Shown here piece after piece: positions 1 through 10,824 of a DNA stretch of 64,000 bases (position 1 is its first letter; each line of letters opens with the position of its first letter). The notes below the pieces were generated by a model. It was not told the origin of the DNA. It worked only from the letters and a program-made list of their open reading frames with translations, and ran no database searches. A program made the translations under genes and the position numbers. This stretch comes from an uncultured Solirubrobacterales bacterium (GTDB lineage Bacteria; Actinomycetota; Thermoleophilia; Solirubrobacterales; Solirubrobacteraceae): contig CAWBID010000023.1 in NCBI GenBank assembly GCA_963788715.1, forward strand, positions 107,891 through 171,890, given 5' to 3'.

Positions 1-1
1 G

Positions 2-424
2 CTGGGGGGTGGCTTTACTTTTGCCAGCGATCCTGAGACAGAGGATGCCGCCAGGCGTTTGTTCAGCCGTCCGCGTGCCTCGGTATTGACCCCCGCCCAG
101 GCTGAGACACTCGCGATTGTCGCCTATCTACAGCCGATCTCACGTCCCGAGATAACCCGCATTCGCGGCGTGAGCGCCGACTCGGCCGCTTCGACTCTCC
201 TGGAGCGCGGGCTCGTGGAAGAGTCAGGCCGCTCGCAGTTCGGTGCGGTCATGTACCGCACGACGACTCAATTTCTCAAGCTGTTTGGCTTGCGCTCGCT
301 CGATGAGTTGCCCGACATCGGACAGTGGGACCCCAGTCCCGAGGAGGAATCTGAGCTGCGCGACCGCTTGCTACGTGCCGGAGAGGCGCGCGCCGGCGGC
401 TCCTCTCAGCCCGAGCTTCAGTAG
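2..424 (+). CDS. scpB: SMC-Scp complex subunit ScpB (5' truncated by window edge)
   Basis: LTPAQAETLAIVAYLQPISRPEITRIRGV and YRTTTQFLKLFGLRSLDELP motifs; frame open from window start. Confidence 0.93.
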   Translation: MGGGFTFASDPETEDAARRLFSRPRASVLTPAQAETLAIVAYLQPISRPEITRIRGVSADSAASTLLERGLVEESGRSQFGAVMYRTTTQFLKLFGLRSLDELPDIGQWDPSPEEESELRDRLLRAGEARAGGSSQPELQ

Positions 425-425
425 C

Positions 426-1430
426 TCAGGCTGCGCGGGCCGCCAACTGTCCGCATGCGGCATCGATGTCGCGTCCGCGCGTGAGGCGTACCGTTGCCTG
501 GATGCCGTGCGCTTCCAGGGCGGCCTTAAACGCTGCGATCGACTGACGGCTGGAGCCCTCGTAGGCCGAGTCTGTCGGGTTGAATGGGATCAGGTTGACC
601 TTGAACATATGCGGCTGCTCGCCGGATCCGCGTTGACCGAGCAGCTTCGCGAGCGCCACTGCCTGCTCGTAGCGGTCATTGACGCCGGCGAGCATTACGT
701 ACTCGACGAATATGCGTCTGCGCTTGCGCTCATAGAAAGCTCTGCAAGCATCGATCACATCACTCAGGGGGTAGCGCTCGTTGACGGGCATCAGTTCGCT
801 GCGCAACGCTTCGTCGGCGGCATGCAGAGAAAGGGCCAAGCGCAAGGGCATCTCCTGCGCGGTGAGCGCTTCGATACCCGGGATCCATCCCACCGTGGAG
901 ATCGCTGTGCGGCGATGGGTGATGCCGATGTCGGGCAGTCGCTCACAGGCCGCAAGCACATTCTCGAGATTGAGCATCGGCTCGCCCATGCCCATGAACA
1001 CACAGTGATCGACCGCGGTCATACGCCTGAAATGGAGCGCCTGCTCCAGGATCTCAGAGGCCGTCAGGTTACGTGCGAATTTCATCTGACCAGTTGCACA
1101 GAATGTGCAGGTCAACGGACAGCCGGACTGTGAGGAGACGCAGATCGAGTTGCGCTTGTCGCGATAGCGCATCAAGACCGCCTCCAAGGCTCGTCCGTCC
1201 GCGGTCGCGAACAGCGCCTTGACGGTGCCGTCGCTCGCAGTGCGCTGCTCTCGCAACTCCAAGCTCGAGAAGGGCACGTTCTCACCGAGCCATTCGCGCA
1301 AAGGGCCGGGCAGGTTCGTCATCTGCTCGTAGCCTGCTGCGCCCTTGGCGGCCCATTCCCATACCTGGCGCGCGCGGAATGCGGGTTGGCCGTTGGCGGC
1401 GAGCGTCCTGTCTAGAAGCTGTAGATCCAT
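426..1430 (-). CDS. rlmN: 23S rRNA m2A2503 / tRNA radical-SAM methyltransferase RlmN
   Basis: CVSSQSGCPLTCTFCATG radical SAM motif, FMGMGEP, C-terminal DIDAACGQL; start placed at ATG 1430. Confidence 0.95.
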   Translation of the reverse strand: MDLQLLDRTLAANGQPAFRARQVWEWAAKGAAGYEQMTNLPGPLREWLGENVPFSSLELREQRTASDGTVKALFATADGRALEAVLMRYRDKRNSICVSSQSGCPLTCTFCATGQMKFARNLTASEILEQALHFRRMTAVDHCVFMGMGEPMLNLENVLAACERLPDIGITHRRTAISTVGWIPGIEALTAQEMPLRLALSLHAADEALRSELMPVNERYPLSDVIDACRAFYERKRRRIFVEYVMLAGVNDRYEQAVALAKLLGQRGSGEQPHMFKVNLIPFNPTDSAYEGSSRQSIAAFKAALEAHGIQATVRLTRGRDIDAACGQLAARAA

Positions 1431-1449
1431 AGCCCTATCGTTGCAGCCT

Positions 1450-2226
1450 ATGCGCCTAGCCAAGTATCTGGCCCATGCGGGCGTGGCCTCGCGCCGCGCC
1501 GCCGAGACAATGATCGCCGAAGGTCGAGTGACTCTCGCAGGCCAGGTTGTGCTCGACCCCGCCCGAGACGTCGACGAGCGGTGCTCTCTGACCGTTGACG
1601 GGCGCCCCGTCGCCGGACCTGAGCAACCGGTTGTCTACGCGGTCAACAAGCCGCTAGGGGTGATGAGTACCGCACAAGACACCCACGGCCGCCCCACCGT
1701 GGTCTCGCTCCTCGCGGAGCGCACTGGCGAGTCGCGGCGGCTCTATCCGGTGGGACGACTCGACGCAGATTCGAGCGGGCTAATCCTGCTCACCAACGAC
1801 GGCGCGCTCGCGCAACGTTTGACGCATCCAAGCTTTGAAGTGCCCAAGACATACCGCGTGCGCGTGGGTGGGGGTCCGGTTGGCGAGAGCGCGCTTGCCA
1901 AGCTGCGAGCGGGGATACGTTTGGAGGACGGGATGACTGCCCCCGCAAAGGTGCGCCGTGTCGGGCAGGGAGTTCTGGAAGTGACAATCCACGAGGGTCG
2001 AAACCGTCAGGTGCGGCGCATGTGCGAGGCCGTGGGCCATCCCGTGCTCGCGCTTGAGCGCATCGCGTTCGGCCGGTTGAAGCTTGGCGAGCTCGCTTCT
2101 GGCGCATCCCGACGGCTCAGCGAGGCCGAGCTCGCGCGCCTGCGCGGCGGTCCAGAGGATCGCCAGCAATTCGCGACACCCGTCGCCACTCGGTCGAAGA
2201 GGCGTTGGCCTGGACGCGAGTCGTGA
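1450..2226 (+). CDS. rluB: rRNA pseudouridine synthase (RluB/RsuA family)
   Basis: MRLAKYLAHAGVASRR S4 domain, YPVGRLD, LLTNDG, EGRNRQVRRM; next to scpB. Confidence 0.88.
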   Translation: MRLAKYLAHAGVASRRAAETMIAEGRVTLAGQVVLDPARDVDERCSLTVDGRPVAGPEQPVVYAVNKPLGVMSTAQDTHGRPTVVSLLAERTGESRRLYPVGRLDADSSGLILLTNDGALAQRLTHPSFEVPKTYRVRVGGGPVGESALAKLRAGIRLEDGMTAPAKVRRVGQGVLEVTIHEGRNRQVRRMCEAVGHPVLALERIAFGRLKLGELASGASRRLSEAELARLRGGPEDRQQFATPVATRSKRRWPGRES

Positions 2227-2265
2227 GTGAGGACTCCGCGAGCCGGCTCTGAAAGAATCGCCGCG

Positions 2266-2637
2266 ATGCCGCAACGCCTGTACGCCCTGCGGGGCGCGAT
2301 CTCGGTACCCCGGGACGACGCGCAGGAGATCCTGAGCGCCACAAGTGAGCTGATGGAGGAGATCATGCGACGCAACTCGCTCGCGCCCGAGCGGGTCGTG
2401 AGCTGCATCTTCACCGTCACCGACGACCTCTCGGCCGAGTTTCCGGCCGTAGCCGCGCGAGCTCTGGGCTTCGAGCGTGTGCCTCTGCTGTGCGCGCGGG
2501 AGATCCCCGTGCCCGGCTCCTTACGCCGTGTGATTCGTGTTCTGATCCATTACTACGCGGATAAGGGACACGAGCCAAAGCACGTATATCTGCGCGAGGC
2601 TGCGGGCCTGCGAGCCGACTTGATGGCGGCACAATAG
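2266..2637 (+). CDS. aroH: Chorismate mutase, AroH type
   Basis: ALRGAISV, IFTVTDDL..EFPAVAAR, VPLLCAREIPVPGSL..VIRVL, HVYLREAAGLRADL. Confidence 0.93.
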   Translation: MPQRLYALRGAISVPRDDAQEILSATSELMEEIMRRNSLAPERVVSCIFTVTDDLSAEFPAVAARALGFERVPLLCAREIPVPGSLRRVIRVLIHYYADKGHEPKHVYLREAAGLRADLMAAQ

Positions 2638-2644
2638 GAGGACC

Positions 2645-3742
2645 ATGGCGATCGAGTTCTCAGAGCGCATCGCGCGCATCCCTTCCTATCCGGCGGCCGG
2701 CGGCTACGCCCAACGTGCCCCCAAGGTCAAGCTCGCCTCCAACGAGTCTCCCTGGCCGCCCCTGCCGGCGGTGATCAAGGCGATCAATACAGCCCTGCCG
2801 ACCCTCAACCGCTATCCGGATCCCACCAATTCGCTTCTACGCGAGCGTCTCTCTGAGCGTTATGGCGTCCCCTCATCGCGGGTCGCGATCGGCAACGGTT
2901 CGTGCGACATCCTGCTCGCGCTAGGGGAGGCCCTGCTGGAGCCCGGCGCCGAGCTGGTGTACGCATGGCCGTCGTTCTCGGTCTATCCGCACCTCAGCGC
3001 CGCCTCCGGCGCGCGGGCGGTGACGGTCCCGCTGGATGCCGATCACCGCCACGACCTGAACTCGATGTTGCGCGAGATCACTGTTGCCACGCGTCTGGCG
3101 ATCGTGTGCAACCCCAACAATCCGACGAGCACCGCCTTGCCTCTGGCCGAGATTGCCGATTTCGTGGCGCAAGTGCCTAGGCACGTGTGCGTTGTCGTGG
3201 ACGAGGCCTATTGCGAGTTCAACCTGCTCGAGGATCCCGACGCCTCGGTCGAGCTGTTGGCGCAACACCCCAATCTGGTCTTGCTGCGGACCTTCTCCAA
3301 GGTCTACGGTCTGTGCGGGTTGCGCGTTGGCTTTGCCTTGTGTGGATCCGAGGCAGTGCCACGTGCGGTCGACCAGGTGCGCCAGCCTTTTTTCTGCAAC
3401 GCGGTAGCCCAAGTTGCGGCGGTCGAGGCGCTCTCTCATCAAGACGCCGTCACCGACCGGGTCACGCGCACGATCGCCGAGCGCATCTCCGTGGATGAGC
3501 GACTACGCGCGCTCGGGGTCGAACCGGCCGAGTCCCAGGCCAACTTCTGCCGGTTCGATCTCCCCGGCGCTGGCGCCGAGCAGGCTGAAGCGCGCGAGGC
3601 CGAGGTCATGCGCGGGCTCGGCGAGCGCGGCGTGCTCGTGCGCGGCGGCGGCGCTCTGGGCAAGCCGGGGGCCTTGCGTGTGACCTATGGCACCTCCGAG
3701 GAGAACGCAATTTTCCTCGATGCGCTTGCAGAAGTACTGTGA
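2645..3742 (+). CDS. hisC: Histidinol-phosphate / aromatic aminotransferase
   Basis: KLASNESP, NRYPD, CNPNNPT, DEAY, RTFSKVYGLCGLRVG PLP-lysine motif; SD GGAGG; lies inside aro cluster. Confidence 0.88.
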   Translation: MAIEFSERIARIPSYPAAGGYAQRAPKVKLASNESPWPPLPAVIKAINTALPTLNRYPDPTNSLLRERLSERYGVPSSRVAIGNGSCDILLALGEALLEPGAELVYAWPSFSVYPHLSAASGARAVTVPLDADHRHDLNSMLREITVATRLAIVCNPNNPTSTALPLAEIADFVAQVPRHVCVVVDEAYCEFNLLEDPDASVELLAQHPNLVLLRTFSKVYGLCGLRVGFALCGSEAVPRAVDQVRQPFFCNAVAQVAAVEALSHQDAVTDRVTRTIAERISVDERLRALGVEPAESQANFCRFDLPGAGAEQAEAREAEVMRGLGERGVLVRGGGALGKPGALRVTYGTSEENAIFLDALAEVL

Positions 3743-3813
3743 AAAGTCTGAGACTGCCGCCGTGCGGGGCTGGACGGCGCCCAGGGTGTCTGCTACAAAC
3801 CTTTTAGACGATC

Positions 3814-3909
3814 ATGCAGACGACCGACTTGACATCCGCCTCAGCGCTCGCGCCAGCGAGTGCTCGTGTGTCTTATTGGTCGTTTCGCTGCGCCTGGCGA
3901 TTTAGCTAG
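3814..3909 (+). CDS. Putative aromatic-amino-acid-sensing leader peptide MQTTDLTSASALAPASARVSYWSFRCAWRFS
   Basis: Hand-translated ATG 3814 to TAG 3909; five aromatic codons (Y,W,F,W,F) in the last 11, none in the first 20; directly upstream of DAHP synthase. Confidence 0.75.
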   Translation: MQTTDLTSASALAPASARVSYWSFRCAWRFS

Positions 3910-4054
3910 GCGCTTCGGCCTGGCCTCCACCTGTGAGCGGAGGCAGCCAAGGCCGCATCCGGGTTCCCCGTGAACCAAGCGCCGCTCTCAAAGGCCAAGC
4001 TCACACGACCAGTCCACGTGTACGTGACCAACCCCACTTTGAAAGGATGAAGCA
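3909..4054 (+). promoter_or_regulatory. Structured 5' UTR / putative attenuator of aroF-tyrA-aroA
   Basis: GGCGCTT(3909-3915)/AAGCGCC(3977-3983) encloses hairpins 3916-3955 and GGTTC/GAACC 3962-3976; C-rich tract before SD AAAGGA. Confidence 0.6.
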
Positions 4055-5088
4055 ATGATGATCGTCATGAAGGAGACCGCAACCGAGGAGGAGATCGGCG
4101 CGGTGATCGACAAGATCGAGGGCGCCGGGCTCTGGCCCATCCGATCAAGGGCGCCCGCCTGACCGTAATCGGCGCGATCGGCGATGTAGAGCAGGATGTG
4201 AACGTCGAAAGCCTTGGTCTTGAAGGACAGCCCGGGGTGGACCGCGTGATGCCGATCCTCAAGCCTTACAAGCTCGCCTCAGCTCAGATTCGCCACGGAG
4301 AGCGCACTGTGATCGATATCGAAGGGCGCAAGATCGGCGGCGATCATTTCGCCCTGATCGCGGGTCCATGCACGGTGGAATCAAGAGAGCAGCTGCTCGA
4401 GACGGCCGATGTCGTCAAGGACGCCGGCGCGGCGATGCTGCGCGGAGGCGCCTACAAGCCCCGCACCTCTCCCTACGCTTTCCAAGGTCTGGGCCAGGAG
4501 GGTCTGCGCCTGCTGGCCGAGGCCAAGGAGCGCACCGGCCTGCCGATCGTGACCGAGCTGATGGACGCGCGCGACCTGGAAGCGGTGCTCGAGGTGGCCG
4601 ACGTGATCCAGGTGGGCGCTCGCAACATGCAGAACTTCCCGCTCTTGGCGGAGATCGGGCGCTCGCGCTGTCCGGTCCTACTCAAGCGGGGCCTGTCGGC
4701 GACGCTCGATGAGCTGTTGATGGCGGCCGAGTACGTCCTTAAGGAAGGCAACCGCGACGTCATGTTGTGCGAGCGAGGGATCAAGACGTTCGAGAACTCC
4801 TACCGCACGACACTCGACCTGCAGGCGGTGCCGGTGCTCAAAGAGCTTTCCCATCTGCCGGTCGTGGTCGACCCCAGCCACGCGGCCGGGCGACGTTCCT
4901 TGGTGGCGCCTATGTCTTTGGCGGCGGCCGCCGCCGGGGCGGATGGGATCATCGTCGAGGTGCATCCCAACCCCGACGAGGCTCTTTGCGACGGCCCGCA
5001 GGCGCTCTTGGCCGAGGACTTCGCCGAGTACGCGGAGACAGTGGAGCGCGTCGCGGCGCTCGCCGGAAAGGTGTTCAGCACCGCGTGA
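4055..5088 (+). CDS. aroF: DAHP synthase class I-beta with N-terminal regulatory (ACT/ferredoxin-like) domain; 1-nt frameshift near 4129
   Basis: MMIVMKETATEEEI.. from ATG 4055 joins the 4198-5088 ORF frame if one G is added to the GGG run; IAGPCTVES, RGGAYKPRTSPYAFQG, LCERGI, DPSH. Confidence 0.93.
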
Positions 5089-6026
5089 GCGATCAGGGAG
5101 GCCGCAAAGAGAGTCGGCCTCTTAGGGTCGCGGTGCTCGGGGTCGGTCTGATCGGTGGCTCGATCGGGCTGGCCACCCGCCGTCGCCTTGGCGCCTACGT
5201 CGTGGGATACGACGCTGACGCCCAAGCGTTGCGTCACGCAATGGAGCTGGGAGCGATAGACCAGCGGGCCGACAACGTGGCGAGCGCTGTGGGCGAAGCC
5301 GACTATGCGTTCGTCGCCACTCCGGTGGGACGCAATGTCGAGGTCGTACGCGCCGCGCTGGCGGCGGTCGGTCGCGATTGCGTGGTGAGTGATGTTGGAT
5401 CGACCAAGCGCCACGTCGCGCGCGAGATCTCCGACGCGCGTTTCATCCCGGGTCATCCCCTTGCCGGTGCCGAGACTGCAGGCGTGGAGGGCGCGCGCGA
5501 GGGACTGTTTGACGACGCCCTTTGGTATCTGGCTCCTGTGGCCGACACCGGGACAACTGAAGTCGCCGATGTGGCACCCGCGCTGGCGCGGATCTCGGCG
5601 CTGATCGAGCAAATCGGGGCGCGGCCCGTCGTTATCGCTGCCGACGCCCATGATCGCCTGATGGCCAGCGTTTCGCACCTGCCGCACGTGCTTGCCAACA
5701 TCCTGGTCTCCCAGGCTCTGCGGGCCGCGCCGGCTGCAGTCGGAGAGCCATCCGCTTCCTCGGGTTTCTCGAAGGGACTCCTTCCCGGGATCGAGACGGT
5801 CGGGGCCAACCCCAGTTTTCGCGACGCCACGCGCGTGGCGGGTGCGAACACAGCGATCTGGACGGACATATACATGTCAAACGCGGATATGCTCGCCGAG
5901 GCCCTTGACGAAGCGATCAGGGAATTGAGCGGCGTGCGCGACGCGCTCGACGCCGAGGACGTCGACGCTTTGGTCGCTTGGAACGAGCGGGCGCGCGAAG
6001 AGCGCGAACGCTTGGCGAGCTCGTAG
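5085..6026 (+). CDS. tyrA: Prephenate dehydrogenase
   Basis: VLGVGLIGGSIG Rossmann motif, SDVGSTK, GHPLAGAE, HDRLMASVSHLPH, FRDATRVA; GTG overlaps aroF stop. Confidence 0.92.
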   Translation: MSDQGGRKESRPLRVAVLGVGLIGGSIGLATRRRLGAYVVGYDADAQALRHAMELGAIDQRADNVASAVGEADYAFVATPVGRNVEVVRAALAAVGRDCVVSDVGSTKRHVAREISDARFIPGHPLAGAETAGVEGAREGLFDDALWYLAPVADTGTTEVADVAPALARISALIEQIGARPVVIAADAHDRLMASVSHLPHVLANILVSQALRAAPAAVGEPSASSGFSKGLLPGIETVGANPSFRDATRVAGANTAIWTDIYMSNADMLAEALDEAIRELSGVRDALDAEDVDALVAWNERAREERERLASS

Positions 6027-6039
6027 GGTTAGGGACGCT

Positions 6040-7335
6040 ATGGATGTGCGCTTCGAGCCCTCGAGTGGGCTGCACGGTGAGCTGAGGGCTCCAGCCGACA
6101 AGTCGATCTCCCACCGGGCCGCGCTGCTGGGAGCGATGGCCTCAGAGCCCACAAGGATCGAGAACTATCTGCACGCGGCCGACACCGATTCCACGCTTGC
6201 CGCGGTCAGGGCTCTCGGCGCCCTTGTGGACGAACGCGACGGTGTCGTCACGGTACGCGGCACGGGACTACGCGAGGCACGCGTGCCATCCGATCCGATA
6301 GACGTTGGCAATGCGGGCACGCTGTTGCGTCTGCTGCCCGGTTGGCTTGCTTCGCAGGAGGGTCGCTCGTTCACGCTCGACGGGGACGAGTCGATCCGCC
6401 GCCGCCCGGTGGACAGGGTGGCCGAGCCGCTGCGTTTCATGGGCGCCGAGCTGATTGCGCGCGATGATCGCTTCCCTCCGTTCACGATCGAAGGTGCCCG
6501 CTTGCGCTCGATCTCCTACGAGCTGCCGGTCGCGAGCGCCCAGGTCAAGTCCTGCATCCTGTTGGCCGCGCTCGCCGCCGACGGCGCAACGACCGTGGGG
6601 GAGCCGGCGCGCAGCCGCGACCACACCGAGCGCATGCTCCTGCGTGCCGGCGTCAACATTCACCGCAACGGCCGCCACGTCACCGTCGTCAACGCCGACG
6701 AGCTCGTGCTTGAGCGAGTGGTCGTGCCGAGCGATCCCAGCTCGGCGGCTTTCGCGATCGCAGCTGGTGTGCTCGTGCCCGGCTCGCGACTGTTGATCCG
6801 CGATGTGGGCGCCAACTGGACGCGCACCGGATTCCTGCGCATCCTGAAGCGGATGCGAGGCATCGTGTTCGGAGACCTGGAGGGGGAGAGCGGCGAGCTA
6901 CTGGCCGAGGAGCCGATCTGCGACCTTGACGTGGCCCACGGGGCCCTGGAGGCGACCACCGTGGAGGCCGAGGAGGTGCCACTCGCAATCGACGAGTTGT
7001 CCTTGGTCGCCTTGCTCGGCTGCTTCGCGGAGGGAGAGACGGTGGTGCGCGGCGCCCAGGAGCTGCGCCTCAAGGAGTCCGATCGTATTGCCACGGTCGT
7101 TGAGGGCTTGCGCGGGCTGGGGGCCAACATCGAAGCGTTTGACGATGGCTTCGTCGTAAGCGGTACGGGGGGGCTGAAGGGCGGCACGATCGACGCCGCG
7201 GGCGACCACCGTATGGCGATGATGGGAGCGGTCGCGGGGTTGGCCTCGCGCGAGGGTGTCCTGGTGCTGGGCATGGAGGCGGCGGCCGTCTCCTATCCGG
7301 GGTTCGTCGGCGATATCGGAGCGCTCAGCGGATGA
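6040..7335 (+). CDS. aroA: EPSP synthase
   Basis: DKSISHRA, GNAGT, SAQVKS, RDHTERML, RLKESDRI, DHRMAM. Confidence 0.97.
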   Translation: MDVRFEPSSGLHGELRAPADKSISHRAALLGAMASEPTRIENYLHAADTDSTLAAVRALGALVDERDGVVTVRGTGLREARVPSDPIDVGNAGTLLRLLPGWLASQEGRSFTLDGDESIRRRPVDRVAEPLRFMGAELIARDDRFPPFTIEGARLRSISYELPVASAQVKSCILLAALAADGATTVGEPARSRDHTERMLLRAGVNIHRNGRHVTVVNADELVLERVVVPSDPSSAAFAIAAGVLVPGSRLLIRDVGANWTRTGFLRILKRMRGIVFGDLEGESGELLAEEPICDLDVAHGALEATTVEAEEVPLAIDELSLVALLGCFAEGETVVRGAQELRLKESDRIATVVEGLRGLGANIEAFDDGFVVSGTGGLKGGTIDAAGDHRMAMMGAVAGLASREGVLVLGMEAAAVSYPGFVGDIGALSG

Positions 7336-7342
7336 CCGCTCG

Positions 7343-7996
7343 ATGCTGATCGCCATCGATGGCCCGGCTGGCGCCGGCAAGTCCACTGTGGCGCGCGCGC
7401 TTGCCGAGCGCCTCGGCTTCACCTATCTGGACAGCGGAGCCATGTATCGCTGTATCGGCCTGCTCGCAATCGATGCGCCCGGAACTGCCCTGGCTGCGCT
7501 CGCGAGCTCGGCGCTTATCGAGCTGATCGCCCCAGAAGCGGCCCTGGGAACGTCGGAGGGCCGGGTATTGCTCGACGGGCGTGACGTGACTAGTGCTATC
7601 CGCGCACCCGAGGTATCTGAGATCGCGTCCAGCGTCGCTGCCGACCCAGGCGTGCGCGAGGCTTTGGTGGCCAAGCAGCGCGAGTTGATCTCCTCCGGTG
7701 ACTGGGTAGCCGAGGGTCGCGACATCGGCACCGTCGTGGCGCCCGACGCCGAGCTGAAGATCTTCCTGACGGCCGATGCGAGCGAGCGCGCCCGTCGTCG
7801 CGCCACCGAGCTAGGTGGGGATCAGGCGACAGTCATGGCAGAGCAAGCCCTGCGCGACGAGCGCGACTCCACGCGCGCTCATAGCCCTCTACAAGCGGCG
7901 CCGGGGGCAGTCGTGCTCGACAGCACCGGGATGACGATCGAGCAGGTGGTCCAGCGCATATCGGAGCTCGCCGGCCGCGGACCCGTCCAAGCCTGA
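7343..7996 (+). CDS. cmk: Cytidylate kinase
   Basis: [43 protein letters not shown]. Confidence 0.96.
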   Translation: MLIAIDGPAGAGKSTVARALAERLGFTYLDSGAMYRCIGLLAIDAPGTALAALASSALIELIAPEAALGTSEGRVLLDGRDVTSAIRAPEVSEIASSVAADPGVREALVAKQRELISSGDWVAEGRDIGTVVAPDAELKIFLTADASERARRRATELGGDQATVMAEQALRDERDSTRAHSPLQAAPGAVVLDSTGMTIEQVVQRISELAGRGPVQA

Positions 7997-8108
7997 CGGT
8001 TCGGCCGTCTCGCTTACAGCGTCCGCGACGAATACCGCCACACACCTGTGTATTTCCAAAATGGCTCATCGAGCCGGTCGAGAGCCCGATCGCAGTCATA
8101 CTCTCCTG

Positions 8109-9497
8109 ATGCAGAAGGTCGCCATAGTCGGATATCCCAACGTGGGCAAGTCCTCGCTCGTGAACCGCTTGGCGGGTTCGCGCGAGGCTGTTGTGCATGA
8201 GCGGGCCGGGATCACACGGGACCGTAACGAGATCGAGTGCGAATGGAACGGCCGTACGTTCGTGCTGATCGATACGGGCGGCGTGGACTTCCAAGACGAA
8301 GATCCTCTGTCTGGCTCGATCCGCGAGCAAGCTCGCGCCGGCTTGGCTGATGCTCAGGTAGCGGTCTTGGTGGTGGACGCTCGCGCCGGAGTCCGTCCCG
8401 GAGACGAGGAGATGGCCGACCTGTTGCGCCGCGCCCCTTTGCCCAGCATCGTCGCCACCAACAAGTGCGACGGGCCCTCCGATCTGCCGCTCGCGGCAGA
8501 CTTTCATCGGCTCGGGCTGGGCGAGCCCTTGGCGGTGTCCGCCGCTCAAGGACTCGGCACGGGCGACCTGCTCGACCGGATCGTTGAGCTGTTGCCGGAG
8601 GCGGAGGAGGATCGAGCTGAAGACGACGTGATCCGCCTAGCTTTGATCGGTCGCCCGAACGTGGGCAAGTCCTCGCTGGTCAACCGCTTCCTTGGCGAAG
8701 AGCGTGTGATCGTCTCCGAGGTCGCCGGCACCACCCGCGATGCGATCGACACGCCCTTGACCGTCAAGGCTCCCGACAGCGCCTCTGCGTTCGCCCAAAC
8801 TGGCGAGCAGACAGGTACCCGAGAGCTCATCTTGATCGACACCGCCGGGATGCGCCGCCAGTCGAAGGTATCCGACTCGGTCGAGTACTACACGACCTTG
8901 CGTTCCCAGCGGGCAGCTGAGCGAGCCGATGTGGCGCTCGTCGTGTGCGACGCCACCGACGGTGTGACCTCGCAGGACCTGCGCGTTGCCGAGCTTGCCA
9001 TGAAGGCTGGCTGCGCCACGGCGATCGTCCTCAACAAGTGGGATCTCCACGAAGGCACTGAGCAGGATCTCGACCACGAACGCGCCGTGGTCGCCGCCAA
9101 GCTGCGTTTGCGCCCGCGTGTGTTGACCGCCAGCGCCAAGAGCGGGCGCAACGTCACGCGCCTCCTGGGCGAGGTGATCGCGCTCGGCGACCGCCGTCGC
9201 GGACGTATCCCCACACCAGAGCTAAACCGTTTTTTGGGGGAGGCCGTACAGGCGCGCCAGCCGCCCGTCGGCACACGCCGCGGCTCGGGCCAACATCGCC
9301 TGAAGCTGATCTATATGACTCAGATCGGCGAGAGTCCTCCTCGCTTTGCGATCCAGGTCAACTCGCGGGCGCGCGTCACCCGCGACTATGCCTACTTCAT
9401 TGAGAATCGCCTACGTGCCCGCTATGGCATGGACGGCGTCCCGTTGATCATTGACTTCGTCGAACGCGGCACCCGTACGCGTGTGCAGGCTGCTTGA
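8109..9497 (+). CDS. der: Ribosome biogenesis GTPase Der (EngA)
   Basis: Two tandem G domains ([16 protein letters not shown]; DTGG, DTAG; NKCD, NKWD) plus KH-like C-terminus. Confidence 0.96.
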   Translation: MQKVAIVGYPNVGKSSLVNRLAGSREAVVHERAGITRDRNEIECEWNGRTFVLIDTGGVDFQDEDPLSGSIREQARAGLADAQVAVLVVDARAGVRPGDEEMADLLRRAPLPSIVATNKCDGPSDLPLAADFHRLGLGEPLAVSAAQGLGTGDLLDRIVELLPEAEEDRAEDDVIRLALIGRPNVGKSSLVNRFLGEERVIVSEVAGTTRDAIDTPLTVKAPDSASAFAQTGEQTGTRELILIDTAGMRRQSKVSDSVEYYTTLRSQRAAERADVALVVCDATDGVTSQDLRVAELAMKAGCATAIVLNKWDLHEGTEQDLDHERAVVAAKLRLRPRVLTASAKSGRNVTRLLGEVIALGDRRRGRIPTPELNRFLGEAVQARQPPVGTRRGSGQHRLKLIYMTQIGESPPRFAIQVNSRARVTRDYAYFIENRLRARYGMDGVPLIIDFVERGTRTRVQAA

Positions 9498-9560
9498 GTG
9501 CGTCGTCAATAAACTTCTGCCACTTCTTCAAGCGAAACCCGTGGAGCCGATCCCCAAGCC

Positions 9561-10799
9561 ATGAGCCAACATTCCGATAAAGAGTTCCTGTTCACCTCCG
9601 AGTCGGTCACGGAGGGCCACCCCGACAAGATCGCCGACCAGATCTCTGACGGAGTGCTCGACGCTGTGCTCACCGACGATCCCTACGGCCGTGTCGCCTG
9701 CGAGACGCTTGTCAACACCGGTTTGATCGTCGTCTCGGGCGAGATCTCCACCAACACCTACGTCGACATCCAAGACATCGCGCGCGAGACCGTCCGCAAG
9801 ATCGGCTACGACAACGCGGCCTACGGTTTCGACTGCGACACGTGTGCCGTCATCAACGCGATCGACAAGCAGTCGCCGGATATCGCCCAAGGCGTTGACG
9901 CAGCGTACGAGACACGCCACGACCCCGCCGACGAGGATGAGCTCGACGTCGCCGGAGCGGGCGACCAGGGAATGATGTTCGGCTACGCATCGAATGAGAC
10001 CGACGAGCTGATGCCCCTTCCGATCTCACTCGCCCACAAGCTCTCCAAGCGCCTGTCCGAGGTGCGCAAGGGCGAGGTCCTGCCCTACCTGCGCCCCGAC
10101 GGCAAGACCCAGGTGACGGTGCGCTACCAGGACGGTCGGCCGGTCGAGATCGAAAAGATCCTGATCTCCACTCAGCACGCCGACGGAATCGATTCCGAGA
10201 CTTTGATCAAGCCGGACCTGTTCGAGCATGTCCTGCGCCCGGTCCTGCCGGCCCAGCTCTACGACGAGAAGAAGCTGCTCAAGAACTTCCTGGTCAACCC
10301 GACCGGACGCTTCGTGATCGGAGGCCCGATGGGCGATTGTGGCCTGACCGGACGCAAGATCATCGTTGACACATATGGCGGTATGGCTCGCCATGGTGGC
10401 GGCGCCTTTTCCGGCAAGGACCCCTCCAAGGTGGATCGTTCAGCCGCATATGCGGCGCGCTGGGTGGCCAAGAACATTGTCGCGGCCGGCTTGGCCGACA
10501 GGGCCGAGGTGCAGGTTGCCTACGCGATCGGTGTCGCCCACCCGGTGTCGGTCATGGTCGAGACGTTCGGCACTGAGAAGATCGGTCGCGGGCAGATCGC
10601 CAAGCTGGTTGACGAGCACTTCGATCTGCGCCCTGGCGCTTTCCGCGAGGAGCTCAAATTGCACCGCCCGATCTATCAGAAGACCGCCGCCTACGGTCAC
10701 TTTGGCCGTGAAGATCACGACTTTACGTGGGAGAAGACCGACAAGGCCGAGGCTCTTCGTGCCGCGGCCGGCCTGCAGGCTTCAGGCGCGGCCGTCTGA
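9561..10799 (+). CDS. metK: S-adenosylmethionine synthetase
   Basis: [28 protein letters not shown]. Confidence 0.98.
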   Translation: MSQHSDKEFLFTSESVTEGHPDKIADQISDGVLDAVLTDDPYGRVACETLVNTGLIVVSGEISTNTYVDIQDIARETVRKIGYDNAAYGFDCDTCAVINAIDKQSPDIAQGVDAAYETRHDPADEDELDVAGAGDQGMMFGYASNETDELMPLPISLAHKLSKRLSEVRKGEVLPYLRPDGKTQVTVRYQDGRPVEIEKILISTQHADGIDSETLIKPDLFEHVLRPVLPAQLYDEKKLLKNFLVNPTGRFVIGGPMGDCGLTGRKIIVDTYGGMARHGGGAFSGKDPSKVDRSAAYAARWVAKNIVAAGLADRAEVQVAYAIGVAHPVSVMVETFGTEKIGRGQIAKLVDEHFDLRPGAFREELKLHRPIYQKTAAYGHFGREDHDFTWEKTDKAEALRAAAGLQASGAAV

Positions 10800-10824
10800 C
10801 CGACCTCACCCGTAGTTTTGTGAG

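Noticed and set aside
3743-4054. T-box riboswitch or tRNA upstream of aroF
   Set aside because: No T-box consensus (GGTGGNACCGCG) or cloverleaf seen; the leader peptide explains the region better
9498-9560. SAM riboswitch before metK
   Set aside because: Spacer is only about 60 nt and shows no SAM-I/IV core motifs
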